Source: an archaeon (lineage in GTDB: Archaea; Undinarchaeota; CAZHTU01; JBDRCC01). Taken from it: DNA of 64,000 bases. The notes under the pieces were generated by a model that searched no databases, was not told the DNA's origin, and saw nothing but the letters and a program-made list of their open reading frames with translations. The stretch lies in NCBI GenBank assembly GCA_043822065.1, contig JBDRCC010000001.1, positions 1-64,000 on the forward strand, written 5' to 3'. Every line of letters begins with the position of its first letter. Within the stretch, counting starts at the first letter, position 1. The position numbers were made by a program, and so were the translations under genes. This document shows, in pieces, positions 1 to 9,879 of this stretch.

Positions 1-2
1 CA

Positions 3-1022
3 ATAAACCTTGCCAGGTTCGGGAAGAGCGTCAGGGTATTTGAAAAGCGCGGCGACGTAGGAAAGCGGCACGCGAACAGCAGGCAGGCGATATTCGGCGG
101 GGCGGAGTATACGAAAAGCATTCTGAAAAGGTGCAACCTTGCGGACGCGAAGGTGCAGGATGATGAATTTTCAAGATTTAGGATAGCAACAGACAAGCGA
201 GAGGGGGTTTTTGAGCTGAAGCCGCCTGGGCAGCTGATAGAGCGGGGCGGGAAGAATTCGCTTGAGTACTCCCTTTGCAGGATAGCCAGGAAAGAAGGGG
301 TTCAGTTCGAGTTCAACGCGGAAAAGCAGGAGGGCGACGCGGATATTGTCGCGACGGGGCCGTACAGGGCGGACGCGGTTGCATACGGCCAGGTCTTCGA
401 AAACGCAAACCTCCCGAAAGACCAGATAACGCTTGTTTACTCGGACAGGTATTCGCCGCGCGCCTGGTACATGTACGCGATGCCGCACGGGAAGCGCATG
501 GTCGAGATAGTAAACTGCGTGTCAGATCCGCACCTGAAAAAGGTCAAAGAGTTATACCACAGGGGCTTGAAAGAGGTCGCGTGCCTGAAAGAGATAGTCG
601 AAGGCGCCACCCCAATTTATGACGTGGCAGGGATAGGCAACGCAGAAATGCCAAAGACCTGCGTCCATGGTGGAAGGCTTTACGTGGGCGAGGCGGCCGG
701 CTTCCAGGACGCAGCGTATGGGTTCGGCATGGAGTTCGCATTATTGTCAGGGCGGCTTGCGGCAGAGGCGGTTGCACAAGGAAAGGACTACGACGCTCTG
801 TGGAAAAGGGAGTTCATGGACATGCTGAAGCTCAGGTTTGCAAAGAGGTTTATCCTCGCCTCATGCGGAAACTGGCTGATTGACAGATACATCAGCATGA
901 AGCCGGACGGAAGCATCATTGACAATGGAAAGATGCACGAGACGCTCCTGAGGCATAGGGTTCTTCTTAACAGCCTCTTTTACCTCGAAATGGCAAAAAA
1001 GCGCGCAACTGGCTATTGGTAG
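3..1022 (+). CDS. FAD-dependent oxidoreductase, geranylgeranyl reductase-like (5' truncated by window edge)
   Basis: Frame is open from position 3 (INLARFGKSVRVFEKR, end of the FAD-binding fold); C-terminal VGEAAGFQD..GFGM..ALLSG motif of the GGR family. Confidence 0.75.
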   Translation: MNLARFGKSVRVFEKRGDVGKRHANSRQAIFGGAEYTKSILKRCNLADAKVQDDEFSRFRIATDKREGVFELKPPGQLIERGGKNSLEYSLCRIARKEGVQFEFNAEKQEGDADIVATGPYRADAVAYGQVFENANLPKDQITLVYSDRYSPRAWYMYAMPHGKRMVEIVNCVSDPHLKKVKELYHRGLKEVACLKEIVEGATPIYDVAGIGNAEMPKTCVHGGRLYVGEAAGFQDAAYGFGMEFALLSGRLAAEAVAQGKDYDALWKREFMDMLKLRFAKRFILASCGNWLIDRYISMKPDGSIIDNGKMHETLLRHRVLLNSLFYLEMAKKRATGYW

Positions 1023-1057
1023 AGTAAGCTTATAATAAAAACAGCCATTTTGTTTTT

Positions 1058-2092
1058 ATGGGCGTACAGCTCACCAACATCGTCGAGAGCAGGGGCATCA
1101 GCTTCGAGGAGCTTGCCGGCAGAGTCATAGGGATAGACGCGTTCAACACGATTTACCAGTTTCTTTCAATAATACGGCAGAGGGACGGCACCCCGCTGAT
1201 GGACTCCAAGAGGAGGGTTACGTCCCACTTGTCCGGGCTTTTCTACAGGACTGCGAATTTTGTCGGCTACGGCATAAAGCCGGCATACGTCTTTGATGGG
1301 GAGTCACCCCTGCAAAAGGCAGAGACTCAGAAAGAAAGGCGCAAGGTGCGCGAGGCTGCGGAAGGTAAGTGGAAAGAAGCCAAAGATAGCGGCGACCTTG
1401 CCTCTGCAAGGAAATACGCCCAGGCTGCGAGCAGGCTGACTGGGGAGATGATAACCGGCTCGAAGGAGCTGCTTGACGCCATGGGAATCCCATGGGTGCA
1501 GGCGCCTGGTGAGGGTGAGGCACAGGCGAGTGTCATGTGCATTAAAGGCGACGTCTGGGCTGTCGGCTCGCAGGATTACGATGCACTGGTTTACGGGGCG
1601 CCGCGGCTTTTGAAGAACATGGCGGTCTCAGGAAAGAGGAAGCTCCCAGGCAGGGACCAGTATGTCAATGTCGTGCCGGAGATAATAGAAATAGCGTCTG
1701 TCCTTGGCTCAAACGGGATAAGCCAGCGGCAGCTTGTCCTGATAAGCCTTCTTGTCGGGAATGACTACGAGCCAGGAATAAAGGGCATAGGCCCGAAAAA
1801 GGCGCTTGACCTCGTGAGGAAGTACCCCTCGCTTGAGACGCTTGTGGCATCCTCTGAGGTCGGGGAGAAGCTGAAGGAGATATCGCACCTTGAGGAAATA
1901 GAAAAGATTTTCACAGAGCCTGTTGCCGACGCGGGCTATTCCCTTGCCTGGAACCAGCCTGACCGGGAAAAAATAAAGGGTATATTGTGCGACAGGCACG
2001 AGTTTTCAGAAGAGCGGGTGAAAAACACCCTGGACAAGCTCGAGCACGGAATGAATTCTGGCATACAGTCAAAGCTTGAGAAATGGTTTTAG
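1058..2092 (+). CDS. fen: Flap endonuclease 1
   Basis: MGV start, DAFNTIYQFLSIIRQRDGTPL, GEGEAQA, SQDYD, GIGPKKAL and C-terminal PIP box QSKLEKWF. Confidence 0.97.
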   Translation: MGVQLTNIVESRGISFEELAGRVIGIDAFNTIYQFLSIIRQRDGTPLMDSKRRVTSHLSGLFYRTANFVGYGIKPAYVFDGESPLQKAETQKERRKVREAAEGKWKEAKDSGDLASARKYAQAASRLTGEMITGSKELLDAMGIPWVQAPGEGEAQASVMCIKGDVWAVGSQDYDALVYGAPRLLKNMAVSGKRKLPGRDQYVNVVPEIIEIASVLGSNGISQRQLVLISLLVGNDYEPGIKGIGPKKALDLVRKYPSLETLVASSEVGEKLKEISHLEEIEKIFTEPVADAGYSLAWNQPDREKIKGILCDRHEFSEERVKNTLDKLEHGMNSGIQSKLEKWF

Positions 2093-2658
2093 CCTCCCTT
2101 TGTAGGAGCCTGGGTTTCTTTCTGGCCGGTATCTACGAGCAGAAATAGTGCGCCGGTAAGCAGGTAGGCGCCGGCGATTATTATGAACAGTGTGTCAAAG
2201 CCGAGGGTGTCTACAAGGTACCCGCCTGCGACGGTGCCGCCCGCGCCGGCAATGCCGACAAGCATCCCGAACTTCCCGACTTTTGTGCCGCGCCTTTCGC
2301 CGGAAGTAAGGGAGGCAAGGACTGCCTCGGCAACGGATGTCAGTGCATTTGCAAGTCCTACCACCAGGGCAAGGAAATAGAGCTGCTCCACGCTTGAGAC
2401 AAATAAGTATTGGTAGAATGCCCACGCCCCGACGATGCTCCCGACAACCATCAGCGGCTTCCTGCCAAGCGAGTCGCCAAGAAGGTTTAGGGGAATGGCA
2501 AGGACAACTGTGGAGAACTTCGTTATTGCAAGGGCTATGCCGACGGCTATCAGGCTGCCGCCTGCTATGCCGCTTATGAAAACAGGGAAGAACGGCGCGA
2601 TCAGAGACGCAAACATCGTTGAGACTGCAAGCGCAAATGTCAGGAGTGCGAGGCTCAT
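2089..2658 (-). CDS. Half-size (about 6 TM) MFS transporter subunit
   Basis: Hydrophobic 189 aa protein with MFS motif A-like LGDSLGRK and ERRG motif. Confidence 0.75.
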   Translation of the reverse strand: MSLALLTFALAVSTMFASLIAPFFPVFISGIAGGSLIAVGIALAITKFSTVVLAIPLNLLGDSLGRKPLMVVGSIVGAWAFYQYLFVSSVEQLYFLALVVGLANALTSVAEAVLASLTSGERRGTKVGKFGMLVGIAGAGGTVAGGYLVDTLGFDTLFIIIAGAYLLTGALFLLVDTGQKETQAPTKGG

Positions 2659-3200
2659 TTTTTACCCCCGACAAAAAGGATTGGGAACGCGGACAAAAAT
2701 GAAACTGCCGCTGCTGCCTGGAGTAAGAGCTGGATGCTGTACAGCTCTGCAAGGTAGCCGCCGGAAAGGGTGCCGATTGCCATGCCTGCGGTGCTGAACA
2801 GCCGCACCGAGCTGATTAGGGTGCCCTGCCGTTCCCCTTCTGCGATTTCATAGAGCATAGGATGCGCTGCGCCCTGATTTAGGGCGTAGAAGAGGCTTGC
2901 CAGGAGCACGATTAGGTAAAGGTCGGCTATCCTGCTGATGAAGGAAAGCTGGTAGAGCATATAAGCGCCTCCGGCAGAGCCGATGAATATCAGCATCTTC
3001 CTCCCGACAACGTCAGACAGCCAGCCGGCAGGATAGGTAAAAAGGGCTGCAAGGACGAAATAGCCCCCGAGAAGAATGCCTGCGGTGGTCATGCTCCCGC
3101 GCGGCATGTCCTTTATGAAGAAGACAAGAAACGGCATGTACATCCCTATTGCAAACTGCCAGCCGAAGCTTGACAGCGAATACTTGAATAAGTTGCCCAT
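2655..3200 (-). CDS. Half-size (about 6 TM) MFS transporter subunit
   Basis: Hydrophobic 181 aa protein with motif A GWLSDVVGRK and ERQG; ATGA overlap with the downstream half. Confidence 0.75.
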   Translation of the reverse strand: MGNLFKYSLSSFGWQFAIGMYMPFLVFFIKDMPRGSMTTAGILLGGYFVLAALFTYPAGWLSDVVGRKMLIFIGSAGGAYMLYQLSFISRIADLYLIVLLASLFYALNQGAAHPMLYEIAEGERQGTLISSVRLFSTAGMAIGTLSGGYLAELYSIQLLLQAAAAVSFLSAFPILFVGGKK

Positions 3201-3231
3201 TGGAAATATTTAGACTATCCAGTATATAAGC

Positions 3232-3573
3232 TTAAAAAGTGTCGCAGTGGTGGTCCTCGGGCATGCGGTGGTCGCCGCAAAAGAGCTCGCCGCAATACCT
3301 GCACCTGAACGGCAGGGCTATGTTCTTGCTGCATGATGCACAGACGCCGGAAAGCGGGGCAGACTCCTTAATGTTTCTCGGGCGCGCCGGCTCAATGCTT
3401 GCGGGGCGGCGGGAGGACTGTGAAAACAGGTCGCGCAGCTGGGGGATTGGGTTTAGCTGGTACTGGGCTGCCGGCTGGAGCATGCGGCTCGCAGTCTGCC
3501 TGTCGCGGAAATATGCATAGTAGAAGAGGCCTCCGACTGCCGAGGCTATGGCAATAAACGAAATGTAGTTCAT
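3232..3573 (-). CDS. Membrane-anchored AN1-type zinc finger protein
   Basis: N-terminal TM segment; CASC..LPFRCRYCGELFCGDHRMPEDHHC AN1 pattern; start placed at the ATG overlapping the upstream stop. Confidence 0.8.
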   Translation of the reverse strand: MNYISFIAIASAVGGLFYYAYFRDRQTASRMLQPAAQYQLNPIPQLRDLFSQSSRRPASIEPARPRNIKESAPLSGVCASCSKNIALPFRCRYCGELFCGDHRMPEDHHCDTF

Positions 3574-4286
3574 AGCAGGCCGCCAAAAACCTTGCCGAAT
3601 GCGGACTTTATGCCGAGTATCGCCCAAGGCCAGCCCTTCTGGGCTATCTGCTCAGGGATGGCTTTCTCGCGCCACTGCATTGTAAGGGAGCTTATGTCAG
3701 AGGCGTCGCAGGCGAACTTGTTCTCGTTCACGGTGCATGGCTGGGAGATTTCCTTTATTTCCGAGCCGTCCGGGAGGTCAAGGATTATGGTGTAGACGTC
3801 AATGTCTGAGTCGATTTTTGTCTTTGTGTTCTGGACTACCTTCGTGAGTATCGGCTTGACTACGGTCGACTTGGGCTCCATTGTGCCTATCTGGTCTGTC
3901 TTTGAGACCATGTTTTTCTGGGTGTACTGGACTGTCAGGTCGTAAGTCGCGCCGTACGGGGCGATGAGTATTGAGGTTCTCGGATTGACGGATAGAACCC
4001 AGAAGTTGTCCTTTTTCGTGAGCTTGTAGAACTCGGGGTCATCTGTTTCTGGGATAAGCTGGCCGGCTCCGTCCTGGAGAGTTATGTCCTTGACGGTTTC
4101 AGGGAACTGGAAACGGACGTTGGTTATCTGGCCGACATAGGAATCGCTCGTGCAGTCGAACTTGTAAGTGGCTTTTACCCCGGCATTTGAGCCGGAAGGC
4201 GAAAGCTCCGAAACCAGCGAGACCTTGCAGTCTGCCGCAAGGGCTACGCAGGACATCAGGATGACGAAGAGGATTGCGTACTTCAT
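3570..4286 (-). CDS. Secreted/surface hypothetical protein
   Basis: Signal peptide MKYAILFVILMSCVALA, beta-rich body, amphipathic C-terminus. Confidence 0.6.
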   Translation of the reverse strand: MKYAILFVILMSCVALAADCKVSLVSELSPSGSNAGVKATYKFDCTSDSYVGQITNVRFQFPETVKDITLQDGAGQLIPETDDPEFYKLTKKDNFWVLSVNPRTSILIAPYGATYDLTVQYTQKNMVSKTDQIGTMEPKSTVVKPILTKVVQNTKTKIDSDIDVYTIILDLPDGSEIKEISQPCTVNENKFACDASDISSLTMQWREKAIPEQIAQKGWPWAILGIKSAFGKVFGGLL

Positions 4287-4321
4287 ACTGTCTTTATGGG
4301 ATTTGCTCTTTAAGAAGTTTA

Positions 4322-4765
4322 TCAATATCCGATGACCCTGAGAATTATCTGGAATATGAAAACTGAGATGCCAAGGAGGAAGCCGGTCATCAATCCCGAG
4401 GACACGCCAACTGACCAGGTGTCGTTTGATATCGACTCCATTTCCTCAGTAAGGTTGTCGGTCCGCACCGCAAGCCGGGACATGAGGGCGTAAGCGGAGT
4501 TCATGTGGAGGAACGCGTCCTCGAAAAGCCGCCCGCGGATTGCGACCTCCGCCTTTTCAAGCTGATCCAGAGCCCGGTAGAGATGGGCGTCGTGCCTGTA
4601 GTCCCAGAGCTGGTGGCGCAGCTTCCTAAGCTCGTGCACCAGGTAGGACTGGAGCGCGGCTACTTCCTTCTGCTCGCGGTCAACCCCATGGCGGACGCCA
4701 TCCAGGAGATAGTGCACCCTGCGAAGCGCGTGGGTAACTGATTCGGCATAGTCTGAGTTCTTCAT
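4322..4765 (-). CDS. Hypothetical helical protein with C-terminal TM segment
   Basis: 147 aa ORF with host-like codon use and a hydrophobic C-terminus. Confidence 0.5.
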   Translation of the reverse strand: MKNSDYAESVTHALRRVHYLLDGVRHGVDREQKEVAALQSYLVHELRKLRHQLWDYRHDAHLYRALDQLEKAEVAIRGRLFEDAFLHMNSAYALMSRLAVRTDNLTEEMESISNDTWSVGVSSGLMTGFLLGISVFIFQIILRVIGY

Positions 4766-4953
4766 CCTTGTATTAGTTTTATTACGTTTACCAATATAAA
4801 CCTATTCTTGAACGAAAACCGGGAGAAAACTTAAATAAAGCAGCAAGGCATGGAAATATCATGGAAGAAAAAAGTGGTTGCCTTCCGCTTTGAAGGGGTT
4901 TATCCCAGATTTGCCTCTTTTTCCCTTTGTTTGATTGGCTTGGAGGACTGGCT

Positions 4954-5769
4954 ATGATAATTGATAAAAAACTTGGCATGATAGGCATGGGGCATTTCGG
5001 CGAGGCCCTCGTCCGTGCGCTGCTCGACAAGGATGTTTTTGGGGCAGAGAATATAATCGTCTCGGATGCCGATGATAAAAAGCTATCCATCCTCTCTGAA
5101 GAGCTCGGTTTTGTGGCTGCAAAGAGCAACAGGGAAGCAGCCAGGACATCAGACATAATAGTAACGGCAGTAAAGCCGCAGGTGATTGGGGCGGTTTTAG
5201 ACGAGATTCGGGTGGACTCCGCCAAAAAACTGCTGATTTCGCCTGCCGCAGGAGTACTTACTGGATACATGGAGGGGAAGGCTCCCGGAACGCGAGTGAT
5301 ACGGACAATGACCAACATGGGAATCCGGATAGGCTTGGGTGCAACGGCTTACACCCTTGGCAAGACTGCTAACGGAGAGGATGCCCAGCTTTTTGAAAAA
5401 ATGTTCAGCCGGCTGGGAATCTGCCACAAGGTGGATGAGAGCCAGCTGGACATGATAACTGGCATGGCTGGCAACGGCCCTGCGTACATATATTTGATAA
5501 CTGATTCACTGGCACAGTCTGCGGTAAATGCCGGAATGGACAGGGAAACTGCCGTAGAATTCGCCTGCCAGACTGTAAAGGCGGCGGCGACACTGATTGA
5601 AGAAAGCGGCGAAGACCCTGCGAAGCTGATAAATGATGTCGCAACTCCCGGCGGGACGACGGTGGAAGGGCTGAAAGTCCTGGATAAGTACAAAGTCCGG
5701 GAAGCTTTCGTCAGATGCGTCGAAGCAGCGACCAAACGGTCGAAAGAGTTTAATATTCAGGGAGATTAG
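4954..5769 (+). CDS. proC: Pyrroline-5-carboxylate reductase
   Basis: IGMGHFG Rossmann motif, AVKPQ, GNGPAY, VATPGGTT; GGAGG upstream of ATG 4954. Confidence 0.93.
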   Translation: MIIDKKLGMIGMGHFGEALVRALLDKDVFGAENIIVSDADDKKLSILSEELGFVAAKSNREAARTSDIIVTAVKPQVIGAVLDEIRVDSAKKLLISPAAGVLTGYMEGKAPGTRVIRTMTNMGIRIGLGATAYTLGKTANGEDAQLFEKMFSRLGICHKVDESQLDMITGMAGNGPAYIYLITDSLAQSAVNAGMDRETAVEFACQTVKAAATLIEESGEDPAKLINDVATPGGTTVEGLKVLDKYKVREAFVRCVEAATKRSKEFNIQGD

Positions 5770-5777
5770 GTGAATCC

Positions 5778-7214
5778 ATGGTAGAGAGACTCCCCTCCAA
5801 GGAAAAAAGTTTTAGCGAATGGTACACGGAGGTAATAGTCCGCTCCGAGATGGCGGACTACGCACCGATACAGGGGTGCATAGTCTTCAGACCGAATTCA
5901 TACGCCATTTGGGAAAAGATACAGGACTTCGTCAATGCCGAGATAAGGAAGACCGGCCACAGGAATGCCTATTTCCCCATGTTCATACCTGAAAGGTTCC
6001 TGAAGAAGGAGGCGGAGCACTTCGAGGGGTTCATACCCGAAGTCGCATGGGTGACGCACGGGGGAGACACCAAGCTCGGTGAGCGGCTTGCGATAAGGCC
6101 GACGAGCGAAACGATAATCTATTCGATGTACAAGGACTGGATAAAAAGCCACAGGGATTTGCCTGTCCTGCTCAACCAGTGGTGCTCCGTAGTCAGGTGG
6201 GAGACCAAGGCGGTCAAGCCGTTCCTCAGGACCAGGGAGTTCCTCTGGCAGGAGGGGCACACTGCCCACGCCACCAGCGAGGAGGCGGCAAAGGAGGTCA
6301 GGCAGCAGCTTGAATTGTACAGGCGGGTCGCTGAAGAGCTGCTTGCGATACCGGTGGTTGCGGGGATGAAGACGGACAGGGAAAAGTTCGCCGGCGCGCT
6401 TTACACGACGACGATTGAGGCGCTGATGCCAGATGGGAAAGCGCTCCAGATGGGGACGTCCCACCACTTGGGCGACCACTTCGCAAAGGTATTCGAAATA
6501 ACGTTCCTTGACGAAAAGGAGCGCAAGTCACCGGTCTGGCAGACGAGCTGGGGGATTTCCACAAGGATGATAGGCGCGATGATAATGGTCCACGGCGACG
6601 ACAAGGGGCTTGTCGTTCCGCCAAAGGTAGCTGCGACGCAGGTGGTCATAGTCCCGATAACTTATGAAAGCGACAAGGAGGGCGTGCTGAAGAAGGCGCG
6701 GGAGCTTCAGAAGGGGCTCTCAACGAAGTTCAGCGTCCACCTTGACGACCGTGACCTCTACAAGCCCGGCTGGAAGTTCAACGAGTGGGAGCTTCGGGGC
6801 ATCCCGATACGGGTGGAGATAGGCCCGAAGGACCTTGAGAAGAAGCAGGTCGTCCTCGCTAGAAGGGACACTGGGGAGAAAATGGCGGTCAAAATTGCGG
6901 ATGCTGAAAAAGAAGTTGGCAAGCTGATTGACGACATCCAGGCGAACCTGTTCAGAAAAGCCAAGAAGCACCTTGAGGAGAATATTGTCAAGGTCTCGGA
7001 TTACGCTGAGTTTAAGAAGATTTTCGAGGGCAAGCCGAAGCTTGTGAAGTCCTGCTGGTGCGGAGACCCTAATTGTGAGGAGAAAATTGCAGAGGAGACA
7101 GGTGCGACAATCCGGTGCGTGCCGTTCGAGGATGAGAAGGAAAAGGCGTTCGGCAAGTGCGTCAAGTGCGGGAAAGAGGCTAAGATGGTGGCTTACTTCG
7201 GGCGCGCGTACTAG
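5778..7214 (+). CDS. proS: Prolyl-tRNA synthetase (archaeal/eukaryotic type)
   Basis: RPTSET, FLRTREFLWQEGHT, QTSWGISTR, C-terminal Zn-binding domain ending GRAY. Confidence 0.98.
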   Translation: MVERLPSKEKSFSEWYTEVIVRSEMADYAPIQGCIVFRPNSYAIWEKIQDFVNAEIRKTGHRNAYFPMFIPERFLKKEAEHFEGFIPEVAWVTHGGDTKLGERLAIRPTSETIIYSMYKDWIKSHRDLPVLLNQWCSVVRWETKAVKPFLRTREFLWQEGHTAHATSEEAAKEVRQQLELYRRVAEELLAIPVVAGMKTDREKFAGALYTTTIEALMPDGKALQMGTSHHLGDHFAKVFEITFLDEKERKSPVWQTSWGISTRMIGAMIMVHGDDKGLVVPPKVAATQVVIVPITYESDKEGVLKKARELQKGLSTKFSVHLDDRDLYKPGWKFNEWELRGIPIRVEIGPKDLEKKQVVLARRDTGEKMAVKIADAEKEVGKLIDDIQANLFRKAKKHLEENIVKVSDYAEFKKIFEGKPKLVKSCWCGDPNCEEKIAEETGATIRCVPFEDEKEKAFGKCVKCGKEAKMVAYFGRAY

Positions 7215-7280
7215 CATGGCTGTCCGAAAAGTATTTAAGAGATTCTTCCAAATACTACTCACTCGTTCTGGTGACGTTTA

Positions 7281-7898
7281 ATGGACGAAAAACTTAAAGA
7301 ACATTTGAAAGGGACAACGACCGTTGGCATAGCCTGCCAGGAGGGCGTCGTACTTGCGGCAGACAAGAGGAGCACGATGGGCTACCTCGTTGCCGACAAG
7401 GAGGCCCAGAAGGTCTGGAAGATTGACGACCACATAGGGCTCACAATCGCCGGCGGAGTCGGCGACAACCTGACGATAATAAGGCTCATGCGGGCTGAAG
7501 CTGCGCTTTACAAGCTGCAGTACAAGGCGATGCCCGTCGAAGCTGCAGCGACACTGCTCAGCAACATCCTAAACCAGCAGAGGTATTACCCATTGATGAC
7601 CCAGCTCATAATCGGCGGGTATGACACTGAGCCGCGGCTTTTTGAAATGGACATGGTCGGCGGCATGACCCAGAAGGATTACTCGTCAACAGGTTCAGGC
7701 TCTCCGGTAGCGTACGGTGTGCTTGAGGCGGAGTTCAAGAAGGGGCTGACCCTTCCCGAAGCCAAGAAGGTCGCGGTAAGGGCGTTGAAGTCAGCACTCC
7801 AGAGGGACGCCGCAACAGGCAATGACATCGCGATGGCCGTGGTAACTAAGGATGGATTTAAGGTGCTCTCCGACGAGGAGATTAAAGCCCTAAAGTAG
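7281..7898 (+). CDS. psmB: Proteasome beta subunit
   Basis: Propeptide then GTTTVGI, STGSGS..AYGVLE, RDAATG. Confidence 0.97.
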   Translation: MDEKLKEHLKGTTTVGIACQEGVVLAADKRSTMGYLVADKEAQKVWKIDDHIGLTIAGGVGDNLTIIRLMRAEAALYKLQYKAMPVEAAATLLSNILNQQRYYPLMTQLIIGGYDTEPRLFEMDMVGGMTQKDYSSTGSGSPVAYGVLEAEFKKGLTLPEAKKVAVRALKSALQRDAATGNDIAMAVVTKDGFKVLSDEEIKALK

Positions 7899-7995
7899 CT
7901 GTGTGCTTTGTTTTTAGGCGGAAGTGCCCAGCAGCAGGTTAAGGACAGCATTTTTTTGCTTAGCAAAAAAACGTTGATTGAATAAAGGTGAACGG

Positions 7996-9879
7996 ATGGA
8001 TGTATTAAAACAGGTTAAAGAGAAACTACCCGACAACAGTGAGGTAACCGAGATATACTACGAGGGCCCGCAGGTAATAATCTACAGCAAGAACCCGGAG
8101 TATTTTACGAACGACGTGATACGGGACCTCGTGAAGACCTACAAGAAGAGGGTCGAGGTCAGGCCGGACTCAAGCATACTGATAGACATAGACACCGCTG
8201 AGAAGATGATACGGCAGATTGTCCCGCCTGAGTCAAACATCAGCGACATTTCTTTCATACCAGACTTCAACAAGGTCATAATAGAAGCTGAGAAGCCAGG
8301 CCTTATCATAGGCAAGGCCGGCACGACGCTTTCTGACATAAAGGGAAAAATAAGGTGGCTCCCAGAGGTAAAAAGGACTCCGCTCATCCCATCAAAGGTC
8401 ATTGAGACCATACGCCAGACCCTGATTGCCGAAAGCAAGGACAGGCGCCAGTTCCTCAAGGACATGGGCAAGAAAATCCACGAGGAGAAGGAGTCCGAGA
8501 CTGAGTGGATAAGGCTGTGCGCACTCGGCGGGTTCAGGGAAGTCGGCAGGAGCTGCCTGCTTCTCCAGACGCCAAACAGCAACATAATGCTCGACTGCGG
8601 GCTGAACGTCGCGGCAAGCGGAAAGAACGCCTACCCGCACCTTGACGCCCCGGAATTCGACTTGAAGAAGCTTGATGCAGTGATTGTTACCCACGCGCAC
8701 CTGGACCACTCCGGGTTTGTGCCATACCTGTACAAGTACCAGTACAAGGGGCCGGTATACTGCACACCCCCCACAAGGGACACGATGACGCTTCTCCAGC
8801 TTGATTACCTTGACATAGCGCAGAAGGAAGGCAAAGAAACCCCATACACGAAGAACGACATAAAGAAGGTGATAAAGCACTGCGTCCCGCTCCAGTGGGG
8901 CGAGGTAACGGACATAACAAATGACGCCAAGCTCACGCTTTACAACGCAGGGCACATACTCGGCGCGTCAATCGTACACATACATGTGGGTGACGGGCTG
9001 CACAACATAGTCTACACCGGCGACGTAAAGTACGCATCAAGCAGGCTTCTTGAAAGGGCGCACTCTGATTTCCTGCGTGTTGAGACGCTGATAACCGAAA
9101 GCACCTACGGAGGCGGAAGGGACTTCCAGCCGCCGCGCATGGAGTCTGAGGACGAGCTTGTAAGGATAATAAAAACGACTTTTGAGCGGGGCGGAAAGGT
9201 GCTGATACCTGTGTTGGCAGTCGGAAGGGCGCAGGAGCTTATGGCGTTCCTTGAGGAGTGCTACCTGAGCAAGCTTATACCCCGGCTGAAGTGCTATATC
9301 GACGGGATGATATGGGATTCTAATGCGATCCACACAACGTATCCGGAGTACCTGTCAAGGAGGCTCAGGAACCAGATATTCAGAAAGGACTACAACCCGT
9401 TCCTGTCAGAGGTTTTCCAGAAGGTAGCCGGCCAGGACGAGAGGAAGACGATAGTTGAGGGCACAGACCCGTGCGTAATAATGGCCACATCAGGCATGCT
9501 CACCGGCGGCCCGAGCGTCGAGTACCTCAGGATGCTCGCAGGCGATGCGAAGAGCTCGCTTGTGTTCGTCTCTTACCAGGGAGAGGGAACGATGGGAAGA
9601 AGGATACAAAAGGGATGGAGGCAGGTCCCGATTTCAAACGGGAAGGGCAAGCTCGAAGAGGTAGCTGTCAACATGGACATCTACACCCTTGAGGGGTTCT
9701 CAGGCCACTCAGACAGGAAGCAGCTCATGGGCTACATAATGCGCTCCCACCCGCGGCCGGAACGGGTGATAATAGGCCACGGCGAAAACTCCAAGTGCCT
9801 TGACCTTGCCAGCTCAATAAGGCGGGGCGGGATAGACGCAATAGCGCCGCAGGACCTTGAGATAGTAAGATTGCGATGA
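7996..9879 (+). CDS. fttA: aCPSF1/FttA beta-CASP ribonuclease with KH domains
   Basis: KH GLIIGKAG, LGGFREVGRSC, THAHLDHSG, GFSGHSD; conserved position after psmB. Confidence 0.95.
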   Translation: MDVLKQVKEKLPDNSEVTEIYYEGPQVIIYSKNPEYFTNDVIRDLVKTYKKRVEVRPDSSILIDIDTAEKMIRQIVPPESNISDISFIPDFNKVIIEAEKPGLIIGKAGTTLSDIKGKIRWLPEVKRTPLIPSKVIETIRQTLIAESKDRRQFLKDMGKKIHEEKESETEWIRLCALGGFREVGRSCLLLQTPNSNIMLDCGLNVAASGKNAYPHLDAPEFDLKKLDAVIVTHAHLDHSGFVPYLYKYQYKGPVYCTPPTRDTMTLLQLDYLDIAQKEGKETPYTKNDIKKVIKHCVPLQWGEVTDITNDAKLTLYNAGHILGASIVHIHVGDGLHNIVYTGDVKYASSRLLERAHSDFLRVETLITESTYGGGRDFQPPRMESEDELVRIIKTTFERGGKVLIPVLAVGRAQELMAFLEECYLSKLIPRLKCYIDGMIWDSNAIHTTYPEYLSRRLRNQIFRKDYNPFLSEVFQKVAGQDERKTIVEGTDPCVIMATSGMLTGGPSVEYLRMLAGDAKSSLVFVSYQGEGTMGRRIQKGWRQVPISNGKGKLEEVAVNMDIYTLEGFSGHSDRKQLMGYIMRSHPRPERVIIGHGENSKCLDLASSIRRGGIDAIAPQDLEIVRLR

